This document shows positions 23,570 through 36,913 of a stretch of 64,000 bases of DNA, piece by piece; positions within the stretch are counted from its first letter, which is position 1, and every line of letters begins with the position of its first letter. Source of the DNA: Botryllus schlosseri (lineage: Eukaryota); NCBI GenBank assembly GCA_051294905.1, contig JBPPKV010000017.1, positions 124,001 through 188,000 of the forward strand, in the 5' to 3' direction. The notes beneath the pieces are model-generated. The model was not told the DNA's origin. It saw only the letters and a list, made by a program, of their open reading frames with translations, and ran no database searches. Position numbers and translations under genes: made by a program.

Positions 23570-24720
23570 GTCTTGCTGCAAATGAAGATGCCGTTTGGAA
23601 TCTCTTCAGCACCAAGTTATTTCACGGAAATCATAAATCAGCTGAGTCAAGAGGCGTTGCAGTTTTCCTGGATGAGATTCTGGCCAACTATAAAAGTTGT
23701 AGAAATCTTGTTCATGCTCTCTGACTTGACTTAGTGTCTGTTGAGTTGATTTCATTAGTGGAGTTGTACTAGCTAGATGAACTACTGTTGTCTACACCCT
23801 ACTTATGATTTTACTTCCGCTTCATTGCATGTTTGCTCCCTCAAGCAAGGGACGGTGTCGGTGTGTGTAGGGTTTATCACAACAGTGTATTTCTCAACCA
23901 TACTAGCATGTGACGTTACTTCCTATTGTGATTATGTCGAGCGTTTATAAGCTCGTGCAAGAGTTGAGACTTCATGCTAACCTACTGAAATACGTTTAAT
24001 AAACTGTGTATGAACAATATATTTCGTTCCAAGAGTTCATGACTACAACGCAGGACATTCTCCAGTTAAGTACCAGACAGTTACAGCCTATACCCGGGAC
24101 ATCTACTTCGTCTGAGTTCTACTTACAGAGACATAAAACCCTAATAAGTTGTTGCAGCATTGCTGAAGACACATCACGAGAAACGTCTCTGATGCCGAAA
24201 CAAAAGTTCATATTTTCACAACAGTCAGTTGAAACACAGGTCTGAAATAACAATTACCAAGTGCCAGTAGTTCCAAAGGTTCAAAATGGAGGCAGTGTTG
24301 AAACTAATTTTTATTTGAGACCTAAGAATTTTGTTGACGGTTGTGCGAATTTGAACATTTCTCTTAGGCATCAGAGACTTTCCTCTTGAAGCTAGTAGTT
24401 CCAGAGGTTTGAAAATGGTGGCTCTTGCTAATGTTTTCAAATCGTTACGTGGCCTGGTACAATTCTACAGTAAATTTTTACCCAATCTGTCAGCGATGAC
24501 TTCTTACGAGAAAGGGAATCCTGTGATTTTGGTGTTGACTATAGGCAAAATTCGTTTGCAGAATTGAAGAAGATTTTGCGAGCAGAATTACTGTTGGTTC
24601 ATTTTGATCTGACAAAGAAGTTTGGATTATCATGTGACTCGTCTGACGCAGGAATTGTTTGCGTGTTTTTCACCCTTCTAATGTTGATTGTGAGAAGCAA
24701 TTTCCGATATATTCAAAAGA
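23570..24720 (+). mobile_element. Decayed Ty3/Gypsy pol (RT and RT-RNase H connection), interrupted by insertions
   Basis: MPFGISSAPSYF...GVAVFLDEIL (23588-23685); SLRGLVQFYSKFLPNLS...LKKILRAELLLVHFDLTKKFGLSCDSSDAGI (24435-24660). Confidence 0.8.
23698..24047 (+). mobile_element. Probable solo LTR
   Basis: 350 bp bounded by TGTAG...CTACA, with AATAAA near the 3' end, sitting inside the Gypsy RT remnant. No TSD found. Confidence 0.45.
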
Positions 24721-26460
24721 CACTCCATGAAAGTATGACCAGATATAAAAAATATGTTTCGGTTATCAATGTTGCTCTCCAGTACTTCAATATTAATCAA
24801 GTCATCAATATTATCAAGTACAGTTTTTATTGACTTTACTGCATTGTTTGGACCACACAAAGCTGTATCATGCCTCGCTGAAAACAGCCTAGCCAAATGA
24901 GACTGGCAATCAATACAATTATGATATTGAATGTCGTAACACAAAGTAGCATGGTAGCGCTGATGAATTGAGCCGCCCATGGTTCCTAGTACATTGTCAA
25001 AAGATTCCATTGGCGCTCCGGTAACATCTGCTGTGATTACATGCATCAGAATTGGCTTATCAGCGCCAGAAAAATACCCGATGAAGGACGTGTACAAAGA
25101 ATCAAATGAAAAGAACAAGGTAGAGAGATTAAAGAAAATATAGCCGGATAAAGATTGAGAACAAACATTGTTACACTGAGCGCTAGCCCACGATAAATAT
25201 TGGATTAAGAGACCGTAGCTGGCCATATCGTCATCCATTCAACCGTTTATGACATCGCATTGCACATTGCGTGTCATAAGCAGTTGAAAATATATAATTG
25301 AACGAATAAAGCAATGAGAGAAGTTGAAAGGCAAATTTACAGCAGTCAATCACTTCAAGATTGGAACGCCCTGCTATGCTCTGTATTACGGACGGACGGA
25401 CGAAAAATTCTAAGAGGGCACTGGTGACAGTTAACAAGGTGATTGGTTCTTGCGCTGCCAAGGTGGAAGCTCATCCGTGGGGTCCTTTGTAGAGAAGACA
25501 CATTGATCAATTTGGCATGGATTGGAATTGAAGAAAACAGTGGAACTGGCATCACACCTGATGTATTAGAAACGGCACAATCGGAAGATGAACCTAATAA
25601 TATGAGACACTCACTTATAAAAATAAAGTTATACATGAATTATTGGAATTACTTTGCATTTGATGCATTTGCCACGAAATACATGTGCTGACAATTCATT
25701 GTTTTTGTATATTCTTGTCATTGGTAATCTATTATGTGTCGTTTTGAATAAAGATGATCGCAATTTGTACTGCATTTATCGGTTGGTTTTGGGTGATGAC
25801 CATCAAATCGATGCTGCGACTCATCGAGGTCGCAAGTGGAACCGATTTTGTGGATGACTCGACGGCTGCTGCATTATATCAAAACATAACCTATGTCATA
25901 AAAGACTTGATACTGGGAACTTCTCACAGGATGGACAAGAAAGGCTTTGACATATTCAGGAATCGCATCACTCATCATATTTTCAAGGCTTAGAGGCAAA
26001 GATAGATGAAGATTCTTCCTCAAAAATATAGAGGACACTCCAAAGACCTTGTCAAGATTGACTCTCTCTGTCACCAGTCAAAACGTACCAGTCCTTTTTT
26101 TGGAGATCTTGAACTTGAATACCGGTGAAAAACTGTCCTTCTCAAAACCAGGCTAGATGCTAGAACGATATTTCAGTCTAAAATGTTTTACCTTATAAAT
26201 CACTCTGAAGTCAAAGTAGCGATCGATTATCTAAAAAGAGGCCATCGGTTAAGATCTAATTTCAGCCTGGTTTCAGAAAATCATCAGCTTGCATGTTGAT
26301 CATTTTATTTCCCTTCTCCAACATCATAACGGAAAACGGTGTTTCCCCAATTTATCTGAAAACAGTCAGAGTGGTATCAGTATTCAGAGCTGGACAATAG
26401 TGCATTCCTTGCTGGGGTTCTGCCAGTGAGAATACAATTTACCACTGCAAAGACTTCATC
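24678..26460 (-). pseudogene. Decayed coding-like sequence of unknown family
   Basis: A 186-aa ORF (24678-25238) plus frame-broken protein-like segments upstream on the same strand. No family recognised. Confidence 0.25.
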
Positions 26461-27299
26461 ATCAGGCCTCTGCATCATTTACGGAACCAAAGAAGGACTT
26501 GGGCCCGTATTCACGAAACCCTACTCAGTGCTCAAACTCGTTTTGCGTCAACATTGCGTAAAATCGATATTCAGAAAGCAAAGCAAGAGAACGAGTTTAA
26601 GTTCGACTGGAGTCGAACTCAGTGCTCTCTGGAGTTGTACTTTTGTGGTTATGGTATTTAATGACGATCTGAGGTCGAAGTCGATCTCAAAATGTAGCGT
26701 TTGAGCAAGCGTTTTCCGAGTCAAGCCGTCGGCAGACTCAACGCCATACTCATTCACTTTTTTACGTCTGGCCGTGAATATAATGTGGAAATTGCGCTGT
26801 GAGCATGTTTGGCGCCTGAATTCACAATTTCAACTGTAATATATAGCATTGCTATAAGAAGGAAATCATGTTACAGCGCTGTATGGCTTCATCGTTGGCT
26901 GGGTACGCTATTCCCAAATTGGCGGACATTTTTTATCAGAAAGGCTTCCAATGGATTCGCGAAAGCGGCTAATTCCTCACAACGCCCTGTTTTATCATTT
27001 AAATATAAAATGTAGAATCAGGATATGTAGAAACGAATGGGGGATGAATATTACTGAAAAACCAAACACAAGCTGTTGTCTACTCTAGAGATCTACCAAT
27101 CCTAACATGAACCGAATCCGTGGCGATGCGGGCAGACAATGCGGCGCCTCAGCAGGCAAATACAATTGTAGATGACCTGGAACTTTATGAATGTACGCAA
27201 TGTTACATCATCGCAATACCCTGAATAAAACCGTCTGTCCCCGTGTATGGCGGAAATATCGACAACTTGGTACCACTAACCATCATCAGTAATCCAATA

Positions 27300-30060
27300 A
27301 ATAACTTGTGCTTATGCCTGAAGACTTCAAGATTGAAGGCAATGCTAGGCAACTAACATGATATCTAAACCTGCGGATTGCCAGATCGCAAGCAGTCATC
27401 TGCTGTCAAAGACATAAAACTGAGCAACGCTTGAAATCCTAACCGAATACCAAACGTTCTCTCTAATTAAGTTGGACTCATCCTGTGCTCCGTTGAGCAC
27501 GACTTGAGTTTGAGATAGAGACGTGTCTCCGAATACGGCCCTTGGTGTACGACCAGCAAATTGTTGCATAACTTTACCTTTAGGCATGACAGGAACACAT
27601 TGTTTGGTCATGGTAGAGTGACGATATTTCCACTGCGAATAATTTTCTTTTAAATTATTGAAATTTCAAATTGGTATCACCATAAGTCTACTGGTTGGAA
27701 ATGAGGCAAACGTGATGTAAACCGTTTTTCCATGGAACTTAACAATTTCTTCATCATTCGATGAAGCCATTTGATCTGCTGTGTCGAGGTGATCTGGTAG
27801 TGTGTGCAATCTCCCATTCATCGCAGAATATGTCATATTGACTGAGGAAACAAGGTCCACCGTCACTGACTATTTCTTAAACGCTTTAAAATAAGCTCAG
27901 GATCCGTTTCAATTTGTTAATGACGGATTTCGATGTGATCGATCATAGTTCTTGCACGATGGGGTACCTGGAAAACTAGTATGAAATGATCAGAATCTTC
28001 CTACCTTTGATCTTGAAAATGTCAGCTCCCAGTTTTACCTAAGGTTTTGGTGAGCGTTCCTGCATCTTTATTGTTCGTTTTGTTTGTTCCGGTAGGAGTT
28101 CTTGGCGTGATTCGCACGACTAGCATAGTGTTGCAATGTCATTCTTTATTTCAGGCCAATATACGTATTCCCTGTCAAGTTCTATTGTCTTCTCAATGCC
28201 CAGTAACTCTCATGCAGTTTTTGTAGTATGTCTGGTTGCAGACATGTTAAAACAACTGTCTGATTTCCCTTGAATATTATGCCGTTTTCGCGGGCTACCT
28301 TATAATAGATTCGAAAAAGCCCTACTTGATCACCTCTTGTCGTTACACTAACAACACTGTTGCCCTACCTCGCCCAGACATTGCTTCATTGATCATTTGC
28401 TACCATTGTTTAATTTTTTTCCAGTAGAAAATTATGTCCAGCTGTACAGAGAAATTGGCGTACACTCAATGCGACAATAAAACAAACCACTTCAAGAGGC
28501 CTAATGTACGCGGAGATGACTTTTCGTTGCACCCACTGCAGCCGCTGATTTCAAAGCTCCTCTGGTTCTGCGCTCTTTAGTATGTGCAGGGATTCTTCAC
28601 CCTTGAAGTTGCTAATGACGTCGAAGCAGTATGAAAATGATTTTTTTAGGTCCTCAATGGTTACCACCCGAGGCAGTTTCTGCTGTGTATGAGGAGCCTT
28701 GTCCATGATACTGCATGCGTGCAGGTTTAGTGTTACAAGATCGAGTGCCTCGCAGGCGGTCCGGCCCAGGATGACAGGACTGTCAGTGTCAACCACATAG
28801 AACGATACTTCTTGCCATGTGGCTATTTAATGTAGAGCGAGTTATTGATCCAAAGCACTCAATACACAAACCGGAGTAGTTCTTCAGTAAAACATTGGGT
28901 TCTGGATGTAAGGGTGTCGCTTTGAATTTCCCGAATAATTCCTTATTCTTCCAGCTCCCTGTCAGCTTCGGATTTATATGCTTAAAATTATTCGTATGCT
29001 TACTTACCGGGGTTCTTGCAGTCGTTTACAGCTCCAATGGTGATCGATGAAATTGTGTTTATCGAGCCATCATCACCATCAGGGATTTGACTGTCGGTGT
29101 TGCTGCTGTCTGTGTCATACACTTTTACTTCTGCTTTTCGAGTCCTTTGATGTTTCTTTGACTTTCTCGGAGCTTTACGTTAGTGACTATCTTGTTGCTT
29201 GCTTCTCGAATTACCCTCATTATCACGCTTCTTTGTTGCGCAGGAATCTTCCCAGTGGCCATAGTTTTCACAATAGTTTCAGGGAGATCTAAATGGTAGG
29301 CATTTCCAACCGTGTGACAAGTCCGCATTTGTTACAGGTCTTGTGTCCATATTTCCTTTGCGATCATATCAATACTTGTAGTTGATCCTTTAAAAGCATC
29401 ATGGCTACTGTTGTATGTGTGTAGTGATTCCAAATCTAACCTTTGGGCTTCCTTAGTCGTGAATTTTTTTTTTCAAGATCTTCGCTCTTAGTTACTCGAT
29501 TTGGGTGGATGCCACGATTCTTTCCACTGATCTCTCTCCTACATCATTGTCTTCAAAGTCACATTTCTTAGCTTTTTTTCATGATTCTGTGGAGAAGGTC
29601 TGTCAGTGACTCATCCTTCAACGGGCATGACTTCGCAAATTATAATTTGTGAACTCTGTAGCTCACTCTGTCATTTGTATCGATCTCCAGTTTGAATAAT
29701 TCCCTTATTCGTTCGGGGACTTTCATGTCTTTGGCGGACAGTCCCGATTGTTGTACTCTTCTGGCGCCTTCATCGCCTGATCCCGTTTTTTTGGTGTAGG
29801 CTCCTTGGCGTTATTTGCAGTGGCATTCAGCTCGAAGTATAGATTTATCATATCCCGTAACGTTTCCAGAGCCTCAGAGAAGGGATCATATCCCCAGTCC
29901 GAGACTGTCTAATACGCTCTAGCTTAATGCATGATCTTGCAAAAGACTAATACTCAAAATTTCACATTCAATTTCTTCATCTCTTCCTTTCTCCAAAGGT
30001 TTTAGTCATTTCTTTCAACATCTCAGTTTTATCTGGAGAGGAGATCATCTGTGTCTTGTT
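27300..30060 (-). mobile_element. Decayed Ty3/Gypsy element (gag-protease-integrase; RT/RNase H missing)
   Basis: Gag knuckle (C>*)NYCENYGHWEDSC (~29230-29280); protease tail VDTDSPVILGRTACEALDLV; integrase zinc finger LQKLHESY..IEKT...YVYWPEIKNDI..C..C; GADIFKIKG...FSRYP; core SDGGPCF...CDEWEIAHTT.SP..S.SNG. Many stops and frameshifts. Confidence 0.85.
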
Positions 30061-31960
30061 CATCCAGAGTGCTTTTTCTTCTGGAGAATCAGCGTATCAT
30101 CGAATTCGGGGCTGAGGCTGTGGTTGTTGTGTTGCTTCTCGCATTTGGCTGCCATGTTGCCTGTATGAGATTGCTACGCGACTGGGTTCCTCTTTATGTT
30201 CATCACCGTCTGCAAGTCGGGATTTTACTTTACTTGTCTGGTGGATTTCCACCAGGTTTCTAGATTTAACACTAATGCTGCTTGTCAGACAGAGTGCAGT
30301 TGCTGTTTTGGGCCGCTAGTCTGGCATGGAGTCGGTGGTTGGTCGGGAGTATCCGCTGTGCGATTTTCCAATTCTTATGGTGTTGTGTCAGTGATGTACG
30401 GTTGATGTTGTGCCAGCTTAGGCCGCACCTTGCCGATCTCTCTTCTGTGTTGTTTTTCTGCCGTTGCGTTGTAGTCATTTCCTTCTCTCTGTTTGATGTC
30501 CTGCGCTGATATCTCATTGGTTGTCATTTTCTGGTTTATTTCTTGCCAGTGCTTCAAGGGCTGTAATGTATGAGGATGTTATTTTTATTACTTGCTGCAC
30601 ATGTCTCCTCAAAGTGAGGGTCAGTTGTTGTTCGAGCCTTCTCTCCCATTCACGTTCCTGTTCTCTTCCTTCCTCAGGAATTAGATCACAGTTTTGATTT
30701 ATAATAGATCCACCACGCCCAATCCTCCGAGATATTCTGATTGTATTATCTTGGCATAGTCTATACCTTTCTCTGGTCCGAATAGGAAGGCGATGATGTC
30801 GTTTCTCGGTTGTAATCTGATGATGCTCGGCATTTGGGACGTCGTCGCACTGTATCTAAACAGAGGAAGTACATCGCACTGAACTATTTTTACCTTCTCA
30901 TGTCTTTTGTGGTGCATGTGTTTGAGATCTCTTTGGAGTGTGATTAGTTTGCCCGTAGCTGCTTCTCATTGTGGGGACTGGCTTTCTTTCTCTTCGTTAT
31001 GGTGTTGCCAAGGATGACGATCTCGTCGACCCACGTGATCGGCCTCGTTCTTTTTCTTTGTCGGGAGTACCCATAGCTCATCGCCTTTGACTTCTTGTTG
31101 ATTGTCAACAACCATGCTTCCCCAAAGCCTGCAATGAGTCGGATCGCTTCTTCACACTCCTCTTCTTTGTCCAGGGTTATTGTGATGTGGTCTGCGTAGC
31201 TCGGTTAATTTACTCTCTTCAAGTCCCCTCGTCTTCTGTCCTTTCAGGGAACTATTCAGTTTCTATGATGGTGGTGATGATTGTAAATAAACATGGAGAT
31301 TTGATATCCTTGTTTGATACCAGCATTGAATAGAATTGATTTCCTGACTCTTCCCACGATGGAGATCTTTGCTTTGCTTCTGTCGTTATATAGCTCTAGA
31401 AATTTCAAAAGGCATTACCAAAACCTGTTAGCTCCAGTGCCTTTTATGGAATCTCATGATCTATGGAGTCTTACTCTTTTCTGATATTAACTGAGATCAT
31501 TGCTCCTATTTTCCTGCTCTTCATTTCCGTTATTTCTCTTAAGCATGAGGTTGAGTTGTTCGGTCGACTTCCGTGGGTTCACGCATTGGTGTCTGTGTGT
31601 GATGCTGGGAAGCATTGTCTTTGATCTGTTCGATAGAATTATGCTTAAGATTATGTAATCTGCGTTAAGCAGGGATATCGATCGGTCTATGATTTGTAAT
31701 ATATCCCTATTTCCCCCTTTTTTTATATATGACCTTGAGTATCCCTCGGGCGAAGGATTCCGCTGGTCAGTGCACTGTATGGATTTCATTAAAAACCTCG
31801 GAGATCTTTTGCTATTACGTGCACGTTTTATTTGAAAAATTCTGAGCTTATCCCGTCCTCTGCCGGGGTCTTGTTGTCCTTTTGTTGTGCAAATGCCATT
31901 CGGAGCTTTTCCTCCTGGATTGGTTTTTCCATTTTGTCCTTTTGATGGTCTACAAGAGTG
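30060..31960 (-). mobile_element. Decayed L1/Tx1-clade LINE ORF2 (reverse transcriptase)
   Basis: RSISLLNADYIILSIILSNRSKTMLPSITHRHQC, GIKQG, YADH (YADD), FLFGP...EYLGGLGVVDL. Frameshifted. Confidence 0.85.
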
Positions 31961-32527
31961 TATTTTTGTAGCGAGTAGTCTCTCATTATGGCTCATATAA
32001 CTACAGCGCACACTATTGGCATAGAATTGAATGAACAATTGACGTAATGCCAAAATGAAGAAACATCTACACAGCAGCGGAAGAGGGCCAGAGGTCTTTA
32101 GCGGTAGTTGCGCCTCGCACTGTAAGGACTAAAATAAAAGAGTGTTATTGGCTGTCTTGAACTAAATCGCATGCTTTCTGTTCAATAACTGACTGTTTGA
32201 CTGTTATCGTTCCGCTGTGGTAGATGTAGTACTGTAACGTAAGGTCAATTTACACACTGTAGTCAGCAGCATCTTTTCATCCTAATGCATGGTACAATTT
32301 ATACTTGCGCACTTAAGTTAACTGATTTGCATTAACATTGCAAAAACAGAAATTAAGTTAAAAGATAACATATCTTTTTTCCCGAAATTCATCAAAGTAA
32401 TCACAAACCCCCAAATCCCTTCTTATTGATACCAGGTTGGGAACCACTGACATAGCCAGTGAAATTTGGAAAAAAGTACATTGCGTAGGCCTATTTACTA
32501 AATCAGTTGCCGAACAACCAAAAACCA

Positions 32528-32552
32528 TGTGTGTGTGTGTGTGTGTGTGTGT
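32528..32552. repeat. (TG)n microsatellite
   Basis: Direct sequence. Confidence 0.9.
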
Positions 32553-34236
32553 GATACCTTTGTGTGTTATGTTCTTGCAACCATTGCTAGCCCAACGTCA
32601 AATATCGCTCCGATTAATTAATGAGTTGTTTGGGAATCGAATTTAGTTAGTTAACAGGTTTTCAAAGGTGACTAGCTCCAGTGACTAGCTCTAGTGCTAG
32701 TTTTGAAATTGGAAATGTAAGTAGTGCCAACTCTAGCTCTATTTTGAGAAGTGTTCCAGTTCTAGCTGCACATGTAAAAAACTAATTAATTCCTGAGCAA
32801 CTAGAAAACACCTGTCATTGTTTGGCGTGAATCTTGATATTGTTGTTCTGTTGTATGATATTTTTGCCGCTCCTGCTCCAATTTTAAACTCGAAACCCCG
32901 TCCTTTGGAATTTCTTAGCTCATTTACAATTGAATATTTCAGAATCCAGTTGTATGTGTTTAAATGAGATAGTTGCGGATTTTTAACGGTCGTTGGTTCT
33001 CGATATAGTATTTGGGAGTTTTGAAAATCCAGTTGTTTCTACGAGTCTGACGCCTCCTGGCTAGATTGTATTGTTGGAGACACTTCAACACAGTACAGAG
33101 CCGATATCTGATTCAATTTGATTGAACAGGCCTAATTAGAGTTCAGGATTGACGCATTTGTAACCAACAGATCCAAACACCGTCTACCCGCGATATCTTA
33201 GTGATACCTGCTGCATCTGAGTGATCTATGATTGTGTGATTGAAAAGTATAAGCATGTTTTCATTGGTTCATTCGGAGCTAATTTTCAGATGCTACCTTG
33301 CTTAACTCGCGGTTACGCCGCCATTCGTTCTCTCCACAGAAGGATAACCTGCTTAAGTGCTCATCTTCAGATGCACCAAATCCGGTGTGCGCTAGGCACA
33401 GTATGCGGAGTGCTGCATTGATTTGTATCGCGTTATGCTGTGTTCCAAGCGGTTCTGCGCAGTAAGTATCGCTGGCAGCTGGTCGTAGTCCAGTTGAGAG
33501 CTGGGTGTAGAAGTTTACGTGCCATCGGGTCGTGACGTGACCCTCGGAAGAGCTTTGAAATCGGCGGCCGCAGTGGGTGCGACGAAAAGTCATCTCAACG
33601 TACATTAAGCCTGTTGAAATTTCGGTGAGTGGTTTGTTTTCTTGTCGCATCGAGTGTATGCCAATTTCTGTGTACAGCTGGATATAATTTCTTTCTGGCA
33701 TTTTACCAAATTTTTGCATTTATATAATTCTATTTTATCTTATTACTTGTTTTCTTGTTTCGTTTCTATTTTGTTTCGTTGTTTGTATATATTATATATT
33801 TTTGCTCAATTTTTGTCTGCATCTCCAGTTCGACTTGTGAAGAAATGTGATAGGATTAGGAAAACTGGGAGTTCCTTGGGCGGACAATGAATGCCACTAC
33901 CCTGGTCATCTTTTTGGTTATTCAGTGAGGCGCAAGCAGGCAGAGAGATTTAGTCGTCGCTCCTCTTTCCAGTTATTGATTGAAAGAGTGACCCTGGTAG
34001 GTACTGGTGAGCTGGGAGGGGAACTTCACTCGATTGTCGGCATAAAATATGAGACACGGCTCTACACATTATTTCGAATTGTGTGCTGGCAGGGGTGGTC
34101 GAAGTGGTCATTATTTAGGGTTACCATATGACCTTCTTTAGCAGGATTTGTCGTCCTTGTTCAAGAAATATAAAATGTCCTGCGTTTTCACAATTCACAC
34201 TCCTAAATAGCCTTGAGCGTCTGGTGATCGTACAGA

Positions 34237-35023
34237 CAGTGTTGGGATGACTCGAATCATGAGTTGACTTGAGTTACCTTTTTTGTATTACTTGGCTTGA
34301 CTCGAGTCACTTTGCTAAAGCAACTTGACTTGACTCGTCGTATCAGAAATGTGGATCGGTGTCGATAAAAATCACTGTATCTTCCGTATGTTCGGATTTT
34401 TTTATGAAACGCTGGTGTAGCCCGTGAGAGCGATCAATAATTCAATGATCGTGTGCTTTGCGGATCCTCCATTGTTCTCTCACAAAAAAATTAACCACAA
34501 ACAAAGTGATCAAACCTTACAGCTTACGTTATCGTAAACTAGTAATAAAGTAATTTAATAGCAAAATATCCATTTCTGTTCTTACCTCAGCCAAACCTCT
34601 TGTTTTATTGAATTTGAATTCGAATATAGTTTATATACTCCTCAACCATTGACGCAGGCTCAATTTGCATCATATCAATATGTAAATGGGTAATGTGTTA
34701 TATCTTAGGCTATCAACTTGTTTCTATATTTTGGATGGTAACTATAAACTTAGGGTATGCAATTACTCAAGTAGTTTAACAGTTCTATGTATATGTGAGC
34801 GATACAGCGCCTTGCGTGTATATTTAACTCTATATTCGTTCATCGATTCAGAATTAATGACCACTCAATCTGCATTTTCGACAGCTAGCAAATGCAATGA
34901 CGTAGTCATGCCTTATACTACGAAAATTGTGACTTGACTCCAGTAACCTTCGAAAATCGATTGACTCGAGTCACAATGTGCAATGACTCGTGACTCGAAG
35001 GTAGTGACTTGCTACCAACACTG
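34237..35023. mobile_element. Non-autonomous TIR element rich in GACTCGAGTC motifs
   Basis: TIR cagtgttgg ... ccaacactg, flanked by the 7-bp direct repeat GTACAGA. Family fragments also at ~3680-3985, 7495-7850, 37256-37500, 41230-41330 and 49350-49812. Confidence 0.75.
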
Positions 35024-36913
35024 GTACAGAAACAACTAAGTATGCCATAATAGCCTTGAAATCTCAGTTTCGACGGCAAGGTGGACTAAAACAAAGTTCA
35101 ACTCCAGCCAATTACAAGTGAGGACGGGTCTTTGGGGAGTCAAATGACCTTTTTAAGCCTCTTCTATGGTACCCCAACATGATTGCTACTCAAGTAGAAG
35201 AAATGTTGTGAATTACTACTTAACCGTTTGGCGCCGGCGTGGGTATTTTTACCCATTGCCGGTACGAGGGAAGCGTACTGTAATAGAACCAATATATATC
35301 CCGTTCTAATCGCGCTAGGTCGCTGCTGTTCATTTCTGCGAATGGATATTGTTTGTGCAAGTTCATTGATACCATATTATTTGATATATATTATATCTAA
35401 GACGTCGAAATCGGATATCAAATACCGTAGATAAATATGTTGCAAAATACACTGTCTCGGCAACGCGCGTCATTGACCACTCTCACATAACGTACTGTAT
35501 GTTTTGTTCTAGCCGTCTTAGAGCATAGTTGTTTCTTTCTGTGAAAAGCTAGTGTCCATACAAGTTCACACATATCTTCATATCTGATATTAGTTACATA
35601 TAAGGTGTTCAAAATCTATGTGATAGGCCGCGTGACAAAGATATCCGCCGACCGCATCATTTCGTGGAAACGCGCCTTTCCCGATACCCATCATATACCC
35701 TGCCGTATATTTGGTTGTATTCGTCATAGCCAGTTGTTGTAGTTTGTTTCTATGAATAGCGCTTGTCAGCTTCTGATTTTCTTGCTAAAACAACTATACT
35801 AGTTATGTCTGCATCGCCCAAGGTTGCATTTGAAAATCGGGAAGAGAATTCTCGCAGCCTACCGTACCAGCTTCAAGCAGATGGATGAATACTGGTCACA
35901 TAACGGAATTTATATCGAGTTCTAATAGTGATATACCTTCATAGATTGTGTCTGTGAATAGTTGTTGCCTATACGATTCTAAATAATGGCTAATAGTCAA
36001 GTATATTTCGGAATAAATACAATATTACTCGGCGCATATACCTACGCAAAAGTGTGCATCAGGATATACAAAGAGCTGTCGTATAACGATATATATCTTA
36101 CGTTGTAGTAATGAAAGACATTTACGGATTGTCTCTTTCAATAGAACTAGCCAATCTCCACCTTCAAGGTCAAAATAAACAACATTAGTTATGCCTATGT
36201 CACCCGAAGGCCGCTTCTGAAAATCGTGAAGAGAATTCCTGCAGACTACCACACTAGTGTCAAACGCAGGGACGAATATCCGTAACATAATGTGTTATAT
36301 CCTGAATTTTATCGGTAGTTGACATTCTTAGATTGTTTCTGTGGAGAGTACATTACCATAAGATTATATCTACATCAGACTAACAGCTAATAGTGATGTA
36401 TATATGGCAACAAGACCAATTCTACACGCAGTGTATTCCGCGCAAACGTGTGTATCATGTTTGTATGAAGTGCTACCAACTAACGTCATAAACCTTACGT
36501 AGTAGTAAGATATGCGTTTGTGGTTTGTCCCAATGGTTAGGTCTTGACAATCTCCGTTTATCAATACTAAAGTGACCCATTTACGTGCTCTATAAGCTTT
36601 GTAAATGCCCTGGAAGGCTACGCTACCTAATAAATACACGCGCGTCACTCGCTCACTCGCCGATGACTCATTCACTCTGCGGCCTGGTGCGTGTTTATTG
36701 TGCAAACCGTCAGTACAGTATCTATTGGATAATGGCGATATTAGGGCGTATTACATCGACTGAGCCATCTCCATGATCATGATTTCCTCGCCGATATGAT
36801 TCACAAGAAGCCTATGTCACCAGATATCCATGTTAAGGTTTATAAAGAGTGCAGTAAATGTAATACGTTTCTCATCAACGAATTCTCGGCTTGCTCTCGA
36901 TATAAGCGGCCAG

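Noticed and set aside
32060-32270. Candidate 5' LTR of the 27.3-30 kb Gypsy
   Set aside because: LTR-like composition points the opposite way, and I found no matching second LTR or PBS.
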